Assembly (NCBI GenBank): GCA_044222475.1
Contig: JBGANF010000065.1
Span: 1 to 41,832 of the forward strand
Source: Polyangiaceae bacterium
GTDB taxonomy: Bacteria; Myxococcota_A; Polyangia; Polyangiales; Polyangiaceae
Direction: 5' to 3'
DNA length: 41,832 nt
Positions 17,401-25,183 of the stretch are shown here, piece by piece. Each line of letters opens with the position of its first letter. Positions within the stretch are counted from its first letter, which is position 1. The notes under the pieces are model-generated. The model did no database searches. It was given only the letters and a program-made list of their open reading frames with translations, and was not told the DNA's origin. The position numbers and the translations under genes were made by a program.

Positions 17401-18258
17401 ATGATGAGCTCCTTGAACCGACGCATCATCACGACCCTTCTCGTCGTCGCCGCACCGGCGGCGATCGTCATCCAGGCCGCGTGCAACGGCGAAGTCGAAG
17501 TGACGTGCAACGCCCCGCAAGTTTCGTGCGGCGGGAAGTGCGTCAAGCTCACCAACGATCCGGCCAACTGCGGCGAGTGCGGAAAGGTCTGCGGTCCGAC
17601 GCAGGTCTGCGCGCGCGGCGGCTGCGGGTCGCTCTGCGCTTCGGGCGATCAGGTCTGCACCATCCCGTCGGGAAGCTTCTGCACGAACCTCCAGAACGAC
17701 AACGCGAACTGCGGGGAGTGCGGCAAGGCCTGCCAACCGCTCGAGAAGTGCGTCGCCGGAAAGTGCGGCACCGGTTGCTCGGCCGGTCAGACGGGGTGCG
17801 TGCCCGAGGCGGGTGGCGCGCCGTTCTGCACGAACATCCAAGCGGACGGCATCAACTGCGGCGGCTGCAACGTGCGCTGCAAGGTGCTCGAGCTGTGCAA
17901 CAACGGCGCATGCTCCACCGCGTGCTCTCCGGGGCAGACGGGCTGCCAGGGTGACGCCGGGCCGGGCTACTGCGCCAAGCTCGACACCGACAACTTCAAC
18001 TGCGGCACCTGCGGCAAGCAGTGCGGTGCGCTCGAGATCTGCACGACCGGCACCTGCAAGGCCACGTGCGTGTCGGGGCAGACCGCGTGCATCACCGACG
18101 GCGGCCAGATCGCCCCCGACGGCGGTCCGCTCGCACCATTCTGCACCGACCTCAAGAACGACAACTCCCACTGCGGAGCGTGCTTCGCCCCGTGTCCGAT
18201 CGGCAAGCCGTGGTGCGTGTCGGGGACGTGCTACGCGCTGGACGCGGGTCCGGGCTGA
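17401..18258 (+). CDS. Cys-rich repeat lipoprotein (5x D..N/HCGxC..C)
   Basis: Signal peptide ending QAAC; five repeats of the same type as the upstream gene. Confidence 0.82.
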   Translation: MMSSLNRRIITTLLVVAAPAAIVIQAACNGEVEVTCNAPQVSCGGKCVKLTNDPANCGECGKVCGPTQVCARGGCGSLCASGDQVCTIPSGSFCTNLQNDNANCGECGKACQPLEKCVAGKCGTGCSAGQTGCVPEAGGAPFCTNIQADGINCGGCNVRCKVLELCNNGACSTACSPGQTGCQGDAGPGYCAKLDTDNFNCGTCGKQCGALEICTTGTCKATCVSGQTACITDGGQIAPDGGPLAPFCTDLKNDNSHCGACFAPCPIGKPWCVSGTCYALDAGPG

Positions 18259-18259
18259 T

Positions 18260-18568
18260 TCACCCGCGCGTCAGCAGCTTGTTCAACAAATCCCGCGAAT
18301 AGGCCGACAGCTCGCGGAAGACGACCCCCATGCCCGGCGGGTTGGTCTCGACCCGGACCACTTCGCCGACGCCTTCGATCGTCTCGATGTCCTCCATGAT
18401 CACCGTGAAGTGGAGGTTCACCTTGGTGCCCACGGGGAGCGGGGACTGCGACTTGATGAACACCCCGGTGCGCGAGATGTTCGTCACGTACTCCTGGATG
18501 AAGGCGTCGAAGGACTCGAATTCCTTGTTGATCGTGACGCGGTCGCCCTCGCGCTTCTTCTCGTCCAT
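18260..18568 (-). CDS. Stand-alone PilZ-domain protein (myxobacterial TIGR02266-like)
   Basis: RxxxR (REGDR) and N-x-S-x-x-G (NISRTG) motifs; GEVVRV..PPGMGVVF. Confidence 0.88.
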   Translation of the reverse strand: MDEKKREGDRVTINKEFESFDAFIQEYVTNISRTGVFIKSQSPLPVGTKVNLHFTVIMEDIETIEGVGEVVRVETNPPGMGVVFRELSAYSRDLLNKLLTRG

Positions 18569-18702
18569 GGGCCACCACGGTAGTGCAACTGGGCCGCCCC
18601 GGGAACGTTGGAAACGACCGGGTGTCCATCCTCTAGATCCTTCGGCCGCGACCGCCGTCGAAGGCAAAGGGCGCCCCCGCTCGGTGCGCCGCGGAGGTTT
18701 CG

Positions 18703-20190
18703 ATGCGTCGGCGTACTGCACTTCTGACCACGTCCGTCATCGCTGGGGTCGTCGCCCTCGGCGTGGCTCAGCACCGTAACGCGATGGCAAAGGGCGAGCC
18801 CGGGCTCGGGTCATCCGAGCGGGCCGAGACCCCGCGGGCCGAGAGCGAGCTCCTGAATCGCAGCGCGCTCCAACCCATGGCCGCCAAAGCCGCGTACGCG
18901 GACGGGGGCCCGGTGACCCGCTTCTACGAGTTCGGTTGGACCATCGACAAGGTCACCAACATGGTGAACGACGATGGCCTCATCGCCCGTGCGTCTGCGC
19001 GCGGCCTCGACGTGCTCGACGTCACCTGGGAAGACACCGGCCGCGAGATGGGATCGTCGATCGGCCCCAACATCAGCGACTTCTCGCTCCAGGTTCGGCG
19101 AAAGAGCCCGTGGGGCGGCTACGTCAGCAGCGTCATGCCGGTGCTGCGCTTCCCGAACTTCTCCGACGTCACCGGCGACGTACCGGCCGACAAGTTCTTC
19201 GTGCGCGTCGGCAACGAGCACGACTCCGGCGAGGAGCTGAAGACCGTCGCCCTCACCGACGTCTTGAAGAACCTGAAGGAGTTCACCTCGATGCCGAAGA
19301 GCATCAAGGGCGCCGGCAACCTCCTCGCCCCGCGCGACAGCCACTTCCTCGTGAGCGCGCAGGCGATCTTCCTCCCCATCCCCAAGCGCGAGAAGGCCGA
19401 GTTCAACCCCGTCCTCTTCAACTACCAATCGGCGCCGGGGTCTCCGGCCGATCTCGCGATCCTCGTCACGCGTCAGGGCACGAGCATCCAAGTCATCGAG
19501 AACCGCGAGCAGGACGCGACCGCGACGGGCTGGGGTCAGGAGCTCTACTACAACAACCGCGGACAACGCGCGGCGTTCACCGCCGAACGACGCAGCGAGG
19601 TCGTGAAGCGCATCGAAGAGCAGGGCGGGCCCCTCACCGAAGACGATCGCAGCGCGATCCAGCGCGGGGCCGACGTCATGTTCCTCGTGCAGGTGCCGCT
19701 CAAGCACAAGAACGTCGGGTACCTCAACGGGATGGGCAGTGGCTACGGCTACGGTGGCGGGGGCGTCGCGAGCTTCGGCTACGGCAGCCTCGGGGACGCG
19801 AAGGCGGCGAAGCCCGCGGCGGCGGCCCCAGCCGCGACCGCGACTGGAGCGCCGCTCGGCCAGAGCAGCGCGCGGAGCGTCGCGGAGCTCGCGCCTCAGC
19901 CGGACGTGGAGCAAGCAGTTCTCGGTCATGGTCCCAATTTGGGACCGTTCATCGAGGGTCACGATCTGGAGCTCGTACGCGATCCGATGTTCCCGATCCG
20001 CATCACGGTCCAGTTCTACAAGGCGACCTCGAACGGCGTCGTCGGCAACGAGGACCTCGACATGATCCGCAAGACCATCGGCGACGTGTACAAGCACGCC
20101 GACGCGGTCGGTTCGCTCGTCGTCCCCGACGGGGACAAGGCGCGGCCCACGGCGTGGGAGAAGATCCCGGGCGAGTGGTTCCCCTGGTGA
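18703..20190 (+). CDS. Secreted hypothetical protein
   Basis: GGAGG SD, signal peptide ending AMA, strong codon bias; motif-like segments TWEDTGR..GSSIGPNISD, FNYQS and RDP.FPIRITVQFY. Confidence 0.82.
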   Translation: MRRRTALLTTSVIAGVVALGVAQHRNAMAKGEPGLGSSERAETPRAESELLNRSALQPMAAKAAYADGGPVTRFYEFGWTIDKVTNMVNDDGLIARASARGLDVLDVTWEDTGREMGSSIGPNISDFSLQVRRKSPWGGYVSSVMPVLRFPNFSDVTGDVPADKFFVRVGNEHDSGEELKTVALTDVLKNLKEFTSMPKSIKGAGNLLAPRDSHFLVSAQAIFLPIPKREKAEFNPVLFNYQSAPGSPADLAILVTRQGTSIQVIENREQDATATGWGQELYYNNRGQRAAFTAERRSEVVKRIEEQGGPLTEDDRSAIQRGADVMFLVQVPLKHKNVGYLNGMGSGYGYGGGGVASFGYGSLGDAKAAKPAAAAPAATATGAPLGQSSARSVAELAPQPDVEQAVLGHGPNLGPFIEGHDLELVRDPMFPIRITVQFYKATSNGVVGNEDLDMIRKTIGDVYKHADAVGSLVVPDGDKARPTAWEKIPGEWFPW

Positions 20191-20205
20191 CGTGAGCCGA
20201 CCGGC

Positions 20206-20550
20206 TCAGATCTTGTTCTGCTTCCGGACCTCGGCGCAGAGCTCGCTCGGGGGCAGGTCGAGCGACTTGCGCTGAAGGTTCCCGACGAGCGGGTAACCCT
20301 TGTCGTCGCAGAGCGGGCGGAAGTGATCGATCTTCTTCAGCGCGTCCTCGCGGCTGAGCGCGCCGAGCTCGTCTTGGAGCGCGTGCAGCTTCTCGCGATC
20401 GATCTGCCCTTTCGGGGGATCGGGCGTCGTGGCCGAGGCGCTCGGCGCGGGATCGGCGTGGACCTCGGGCTTGGTGCACCCGGTGGCGAGTGGTGCGATC
20501 GCGAACGCGACCGACAGGATCTTCGTCGTCGTGAGAGCTCGGCGTCGCAT
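20206..20550 (-). CDS. Small lipoprotein
   Basis: Basic N-terminus, hydrophobic core, ATGC lipobox; FRPLCDDKGYPLVGN. Confidence 0.72.
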   Translation of the reverse strand: MRRRALTTTKILSVAFAIAPLATGCTKPEVHADPAPSASATTPDPPKGQIDREKLHALQDELGALSREDALKKIDHFRPLCDDKGYPLVGNLQRKSLDLPPSELCAEVRKQNKI

Positions 20551-20596
20551 GGCTCGATGGTAACGCCTCCGGGCGCGCGCGGATTCCTCGATCGCT

Positions 20597-22045
20597 TCAG
20601 GCGAAGAGCTCGCTGATCGTCCCGGCTACCTCACCGAGATCCTTGGCGACACCGACCGCCTTCATCGCGGAGTTGATGACCTGTACCGGGTGCCGACCTT
20701 TGCCGTCGATGTGGGTGCCGGTCTTCATCCCGCCGGCCTTGCCCGCGATCAGGACGGCCATCCCATCGGTCGAGTGGGAGCTGATCGCCTTGCTCGCCTC
20801 GGGATCGAAGCCGTGCCCGCCCTCGTTGACGAGGAGGAGCGCCGCGTTGTCGAGCGCGGTGCCGCCGCCCTCGGGCGTGTCCCGGAGCTTCTGCACGAGG
20901 TACGCGAAGTGCCGCGCGTGCCACGCGTGGGCGAGGTGCATGTCGATCGATTTTGCCGAGTGGCCCAGCTCGTGGAGATCGAACGGCTTGCCGCCGATCA
21001 CCGGGACGAGGTTCACGTGCGACTGGGCCATCGTGTACTGGAGCGCGACCGATCGCGTGAGGTCGCAGACGAAGGCCATGTGGATCAGGTCGGAGAAGAT
21101 CCGCGCGCGCTTCTCTTCGTCGCTGTAGCCCTTGGTCGCGTCGAACCCGCTGCCCGTCTGCACTGCGCCGATCGGCGGGTCCGTGCCGGGGCTCGTCGGG
21201 ACGACGCAGGTGGCGGTGTACACCGGAGGGAGCGCGTTCACTCGGCGCTCGAGGTCGCGAATCTCGTCGAGGTGCTGCTGCATCTTGACGCGATCGGCGC
21301 CGCCGAGGCGATCGACGAAGCGGGTCGTTCGCTTGTCGACGAGATCGAGGATGCTCTTCCGCTGCTTCAGGAGGAACGCCGCCTTCTTCGCCGCGTCCGG
21401 ATCGGTCGGCACGCCGCCGAGGAAGAGATCGTCGAACGCTGCCTTCGGGCTCACCTGCGCCGGGATCGGGACGGGCTTCTTCGTCTGTGCGTCGATCCGA
21501 GCGGACATGATGTCGCGTCCGTACGGCGCGCTCTGATCGAGGTACCAGTCCGCTTGGACGCGGTAGACGAGCGACTTGAACTTCTGCGCGGCGCCGATCG
21601 CCTCGGCCACGACCTGATCCGACGTCGCGCCGGCGAGAGACGAGTCGGTGGTGGAGACGTTGCGCATCCCGGTCAAGAGCGGGCAGAGCGACTGGATGTG
21701 GAAGTTGTCGCTCCGTCCGCCGGCGGGGATCGGGCCGCCGTTCGCCCACGGGATCTTCAGGCCCGAGACGATGCTGACGACCGACTGCACCGGCGCGATC
21801 GGCGCGAGCGCAGACTTCAGATCGTATCCGGCGCCGTAACCGTCGGGCACCCACAGGCTCGGCGCCGTGTCGTTGTCGGCGCCGAGCGACTGGCCCATGA
21901 AGCCGATGAAGAAGCGGCTCGGCAGCGACGTCTGATCGGCGAGCGCTTCGCCGTGTCGATCGAGCATCGCCTCGAGGATCGGCAGCCCGATGGCCACGGA
22001 GCCCAGACCCTTCAGGATCGATCGCCGCGAGAGCTTGAACGCCAT
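20597..22045 (-). CDS. DUF1552-family protein (Tat-like signal)
   Basis: SRRSILKG...LPILEAM, SDQVVA, KSILD...LGGADR.K...HLD.IR.LE, AFVCDLTR, LDN....NE; start at the ATG at 22045. Confidence 0.88.
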   Translation of the reverse strand: MAFKLSRRSILKGLGSVAIGLPILEAMLDRHGEALADQTSLPSRFFIGFMGQSLGADNDTAPSLWVPDGYGAGYDLKSALAPIAPVQSVVSIVSGLKIPWANGGPIPAGGRSDNFHIQSLCPLLTGMRNVSTTDSSLAGATSDQVVAEAIGAAQKFKSLVYRVQADWYLDQSAPYGRDIMSARIDAQTKKPVPIPAQVSPKAAFDDLFLGGVPTDPDAAKKAAFLLKQRKSILDLVDKRTTRFVDRLGGADRVKMQQHLDEIRDLERRVNALPPVYTATCVVPTSPGTDPPIGAVQTGSGFDATKGYSDEEKRARIFSDLIHMAFVCDLTRSVALQYTMAQSHVNLVPVIGGKPFDLHELGHSAKSIDMHLAHAWHARHFAYLVQKLRDTPEGGGTALDNAALLLVNEGGHGFDPEASKAISSHSTDGMAVLIAGKAGGMKTGTHIDGKGRHPVQVINSAMKAVGVAKDLGEVAGTISELFA

Positions 22046-22047
22046 GG

Positions 22048-23538
22048 CTACTTCCACCTCCGAAAGCGGAACGCGTCCTCGGTGACGAACGCGAGGAGGA
22101 GCTCTTCGAAGCGAGCGCCGCTGGCGAGGAACTTGGTGAGCACGTGCTGGACGATCGCGTCGTCGTCCGCGGTCTCGCGCTGGCCGTTGGCGAAACGGAA
22201 GATCTGCTTCACGAGGCACGCGTCGAGGAGCGGCGAGCCCGCGAGGAGCGCGCCGAGCTCGGCGGGTCCCTTGAACGTGCCGACGCCAGGGACCTCGCCC
22301 CGCCCGTCGATCGCGCACTGCGGCGCGTCTTTCTCCACCTTCCGAAAGCGACCGATCTCGTCGTACTGCTCGAGCCCATTGCCGACGCCGTCGAGGAGAG
22401 CGTGACAACCTTGGCAGCCGCCTTGGCGATGCTCCGCGTAGCGATCGGCCTTGCACACCGCGGTCCCGCTCGGTGGCGCGTCGGCCTTGACGTTCGGCGG
22501 CGGCGGCGGGATCGGCGTGCAGAGGATGCGCTCTTGGATGAACTTCCCGCGTTGCGTCGGACTCGTGTCGCTGAACTTGTTGGCGACCGAGAGGAAGCTC
22601 GCCTCGGAGAGGACTCCGGCACGGCTCACCTGACTCACGTCGACCCAACCGGGCTTCCCTGGCGGGAGCATCCCATAATGGGACGCGAGAGTGTCGTCGA
22701 GCCAGGCTTCGTTCGACGTGAAGAGATCCGTCCAGGTCCGCTGCTCGTCGAACACGACGCGATCGACGAGTGCGTCGCTCTCCTTGCGCATCGCCTGCGT
22801 GAGCGGCGTGAGCGCCGGCTTGTCGTACCCGAGCCACAGCGCGTGGAACCGCTCGAACCGGGCGCGCGCTCGCCGATCGGCCAGCATGCGCTTCGCCTCG
22901 GCCGCGATGCCGGTCGCGTCGCCGAGCTTGCCTTGGGCCGCCGCGTCGAGCAGCGCGTCGTCGGGGGTGGAGCCCCAGAGGAAATACGAGAGACGGGTCG
23001 CCACCTCCCAGCCGGGGAGCTTCGCTGCGCCGGGCTGACCCTCGATCGGCGCGCCGATCTCGACGCGGTACACGAACTGCGGATCCTGGAAGACGACGCG
23101 CAGCACCGAGTCGACACCGGTGTAGAAGTCGCCGCTCTCGACCGCGAGCGACTGGAGCGTCATGAGCTCGTCGATCTCGCTCTGGGGGAGGGGATGGCGG
23201 TACGCGCGCCGGCCGAAGGTCGTGATGAACGACCGGAAGCACGCCGCGTCGTCCGGCCCTTTGGGCGCGCAGCCGACGACCGAGTCGCGAAGACTGGGTT
23301 GGGCGAGCAACGCCTCCGACGTCTTCTGCGCCAACGTCTCGAGCGCGGAGATCAGCGCCGGAGAGACGAGCTGGGTCGCCGGGTCGGAGTCGAACGGATC
23401 CTTCGCGTCGGCCGGGAGACCGGCAGCGCTGATCGTGACGCCGAGGAGATCGCGGACGGTGGCTTCGTACTCCGCCTGGCTGAGGCGGCGCATCGACGAC
23501 GGGCCCATGGCGGGCGCCGTCTCGACGTCGTCGGTCAC
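22048..23538 (-). CDS. DUF1587/1595/1592/1588/1585 (PSD) domain protein; true start probably ~23592-23595
   Basis: RRLSQAEYEATVRDLLG, FGRRAYRHP, P.FVYRVE, EVATRLSYFLWGSTPDD.LL, TSPTQRG, PPPP, CQGCH. An in-frame signal/lipobox lies upstream of the GTG. Confidence 0.88.
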   Translation of the reverse strand: MTDDVETAPAMGPSSMRRLSQAEYEATVRDLLGVTISAAGLPADAKDPFDSDPATQLVSPALISALETLAQKTSEALLAQPSLRDSVVGCAPKGPDDAACFRSFITTFGRRAYRHPLPQSEIDELMTLQSLAVESGDFYTGVDSVLRVVFQDPQFVYRVEIGAPIEGQPGAAKLPGWEVATRLSYFLWGSTPDDALLDAAAQGKLGDATGIAAEAKRMLADRRARARFERFHALWLGYDKPALTPLTQAMRKESDALVDRVVFDEQRTWTDLFTSNEAWLDDTLASHYGMLPPGKPGWVDVSQVSRAGVLSEASFLSVANKFSDTSPTQRGKFIQERILCTPIPPPPPNVKADAPPSGTAVCKADRYAEHRQGGCQGCHALLDGVGNGLEQYDEIGRFRKVEKDAPQCAIDGRGEVPGVGTFKGPAELGALLAGSPLLDACLVKQIFRFANGQRETADDDAIVQHVLTKFLASGARFEELLLAFVTEDAFRFRRWK

Positions 23539-23576
23539 GCTGCTACAAGCGATGGCACCGGCGAGACTGAGGAGGA

Positions 23577-24872
23577 TCAGTCTTTTTTGCAGAATGCGAG
23601 CCCGCCTTCGATCTTGTTCGTGGCCTTTGCGTAGGCGCCGCAGTCGTTGTCGTCCGAGTGCATGATGGCCTGCTTGCCTTTGCGGAACGTGTTGTTGGCG
23701 ATCGTGACCGACTTCAGGTCCTTCGCGCTGGTCCCGTAGAGGGTGAAGAGCCCGTGAGCGCCGTCGCTCGACGAACCGAAGTACTCGAACGTGCAGCCGT
23801 CGAAGGTGGTGCCGCTCGTCTTCCCGTAGATGAAGATCGTTCCCCAGTCGCCTTCGGCCGGGGTCGCGCTGGCGCTCGTGAACGTGACGTTCTTCGCGAC
23901 GACCGCCCCGCCGTTGCCTTCACCGATCGAGAGGTAGCGATCCTGCGACATCTTGATCGTGGTGCCGGGCGAGATCGTGAGCGTGGGCGCGGTCGAGTCG
24001 GACGTGACGTGGACGTTGCCGTCGAAGATCACGGGCACGTCGAACGTGGGCCAGGTCTGGGTCGTGTCGAGGTGGGAGTCGATGACGTGGATCGGATCGC
24101 CGAACTTGTTCTTGGCGCCGATGGTGCCGAGCGTGTTCGCGCCGACCTGCATCGAGCCGAGCTTGTTCTCGGAGAAGGTGTTGCCCTCGAACTTGGCGAA
24201 GCCACCCTGGTCGCTCGAGTCGATCGCGAACAGAGCGCCTTTGCGCACGGTCGAGTTGGTGATCGCGATCCGACCCGAGTTGCGGAGCGCATCCATGTGG
24301 ATCCCGGCGTGGCCGCCGTTGGCCTTGCTGCCGCAGTACTCGATGATCAGGTGGTCGAGCGAGGTGCCCGCGCTCACCTTCTCGGCGAAGCCGATGCCGA
24401 GCCAGTCACCGGGGGCGGGGGACTTGTTCGACGACGTGAAGAGGACGGGCGCCGCGTCGGTGCCTTTGACGACCAGCTTGCCGTAGTCGACCCAGAGGTA
24501 CTGGTCGGTGTCGAAGGCCATCTTGACGCCCTCTTCGATCGTGAGCGTCGCGCCGTCGTCGACGCGGATCGCGTCCTTGATGGTGACGGAGCAGCCCTTC
24601 TTCATCGTGAAGTCGGCGGTGATGTGGTTGGGGATGTCGCAACCCTCTGACGCTTGCCCGGCCTTCGACTCGCCGGTCGCCGAAGGGCCGTTGCCGCTGG
24701 CGCCGCTGCCGCCCGATCCGCCGGAGCCACCCGAGCCGCCCGAGCCACCCGAGCCGCCCGAGCCGCCGGACGCGCCGGTGGTGTTCGTCGTCCCCGAGGG
24801 GTTGTCTTTCTTGCAGCCGACGAACGTGGGGACGAGGAGGACGAGCGCGACGAGAAGAGTGGTCTTACGCAT
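23577..24872 (-). CDS. Lipoprotein with a GGS linker and duplicated right-handed beta-helix-like modules
   Basis: FVGC lipobox; (GGS)n linker; duplicated 'TLTI.PG/EG..I...FTS...P..GDW..I' modules. Confidence 0.85.
   Translation of the reverse strand: MRKTTLLVALVLLVPTFVGCKKDNPSGTTNTTGASGGSGGSGGSGGSGGSGGSGGSGASGNGPSATGESKAGQASEGCDIPNHITADFTMKKGCSVTIKDAIRVDDGATLTIEEGVKMAFDTDQYLWVDYGKLVVKGTDAAPVLFTSSNKSPAPGDWLGIGFAEKVSAGTSLDHLIIEYCGSKANGGHAGIHMDALRNSGRIAITNSTVRKGALFAIDSSDQGGFAKFEGNTFSENKLGSMQVGANTLGTIGAKNKFGDPIHVIDSHLDTTQTWPTFDVPVIFDGNVHVTSDSTAPTLTISPGTTIKMSQDRYLSIGEGNGGAVVAKNVTFTSASATPAEGDWGTIFIYGKTSGTTFDGCTFEYFGSSSDGAHGLFTLYGTSAKDLKSVTIANNTFRKGKQAIMHSDDNDCGAYAKATNKIEGGLAFCKKD
24711..24770. repeat. 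9-bp coding tandem repeat (Gly-Gly-Ser linker)
   Basis: (ccgagccRc)n units on the + strand encode GGSGGS... on the - strand. Confidence 0.7.
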
Positions 24873-24971
24873 TCTGCCGTCTTACACCAGGGTTCGGCGG
24901 CTGGGAATCCTCCGGCCGATCATGTCAGGTAGCCTCGTGTAGGCAGGCCCGTTTGAAGTTGCGGTCGAAGT

Positions 24972-25171
24972 GGCACCCCGGACTGAAGTCCGGGGCAGCA
25001 ACGAATCGGATGCAGGACCCAACCAAAGCCCGCCCAGGAGGGCGGGCTCCCATTGTAGAGGACGCCGGTGGTACCAAGTTGGGACATCGAAGCGGGAGTC
25101 CGCCCTTCAGGGCGGACTTTGGGCGAGTAGGCAATGGGCCCGTTGCTGCCCCGGACTTCAGTCCGGGGCGC
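24972..25171. repeat. REP/REPIN-like palindromic element, copy 2
   Basis: CCCCGGACTGAAGTCCGGGG ... AGCCCGCCCAGGAGGGCGGGCT ... TACCAAGTTGGGACA ... AGTCCGCCCTTCAGGGCGGACT ... GCCCCGGACTTCAGTCCGGGGC; same orientation as copy 1. Confidence 0.85.
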
Positions 25172-25183
25172 TCCTCGCCCTGA

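Noticed and set aside
23577..23592. Programmed -1 frameshift at C-AAA-AAA-G fusing the beta-helix lipoprotein to the DUF1592 protein
   Set aside because: The frames would be compatible, but the A-run is not in the canonical A-AAA-AAG phase and a fusion would bury a lipoprotein signal internally. Independent initiation is more parsimonious.
11702..25171. Palindromic repeats as a CRISPR array or tRNA
   Set aside because: There is no regular repeat-spacer periodicity, no cas genes, and no cloverleaf or TTC-loop. The two copies are 13 kb apart.
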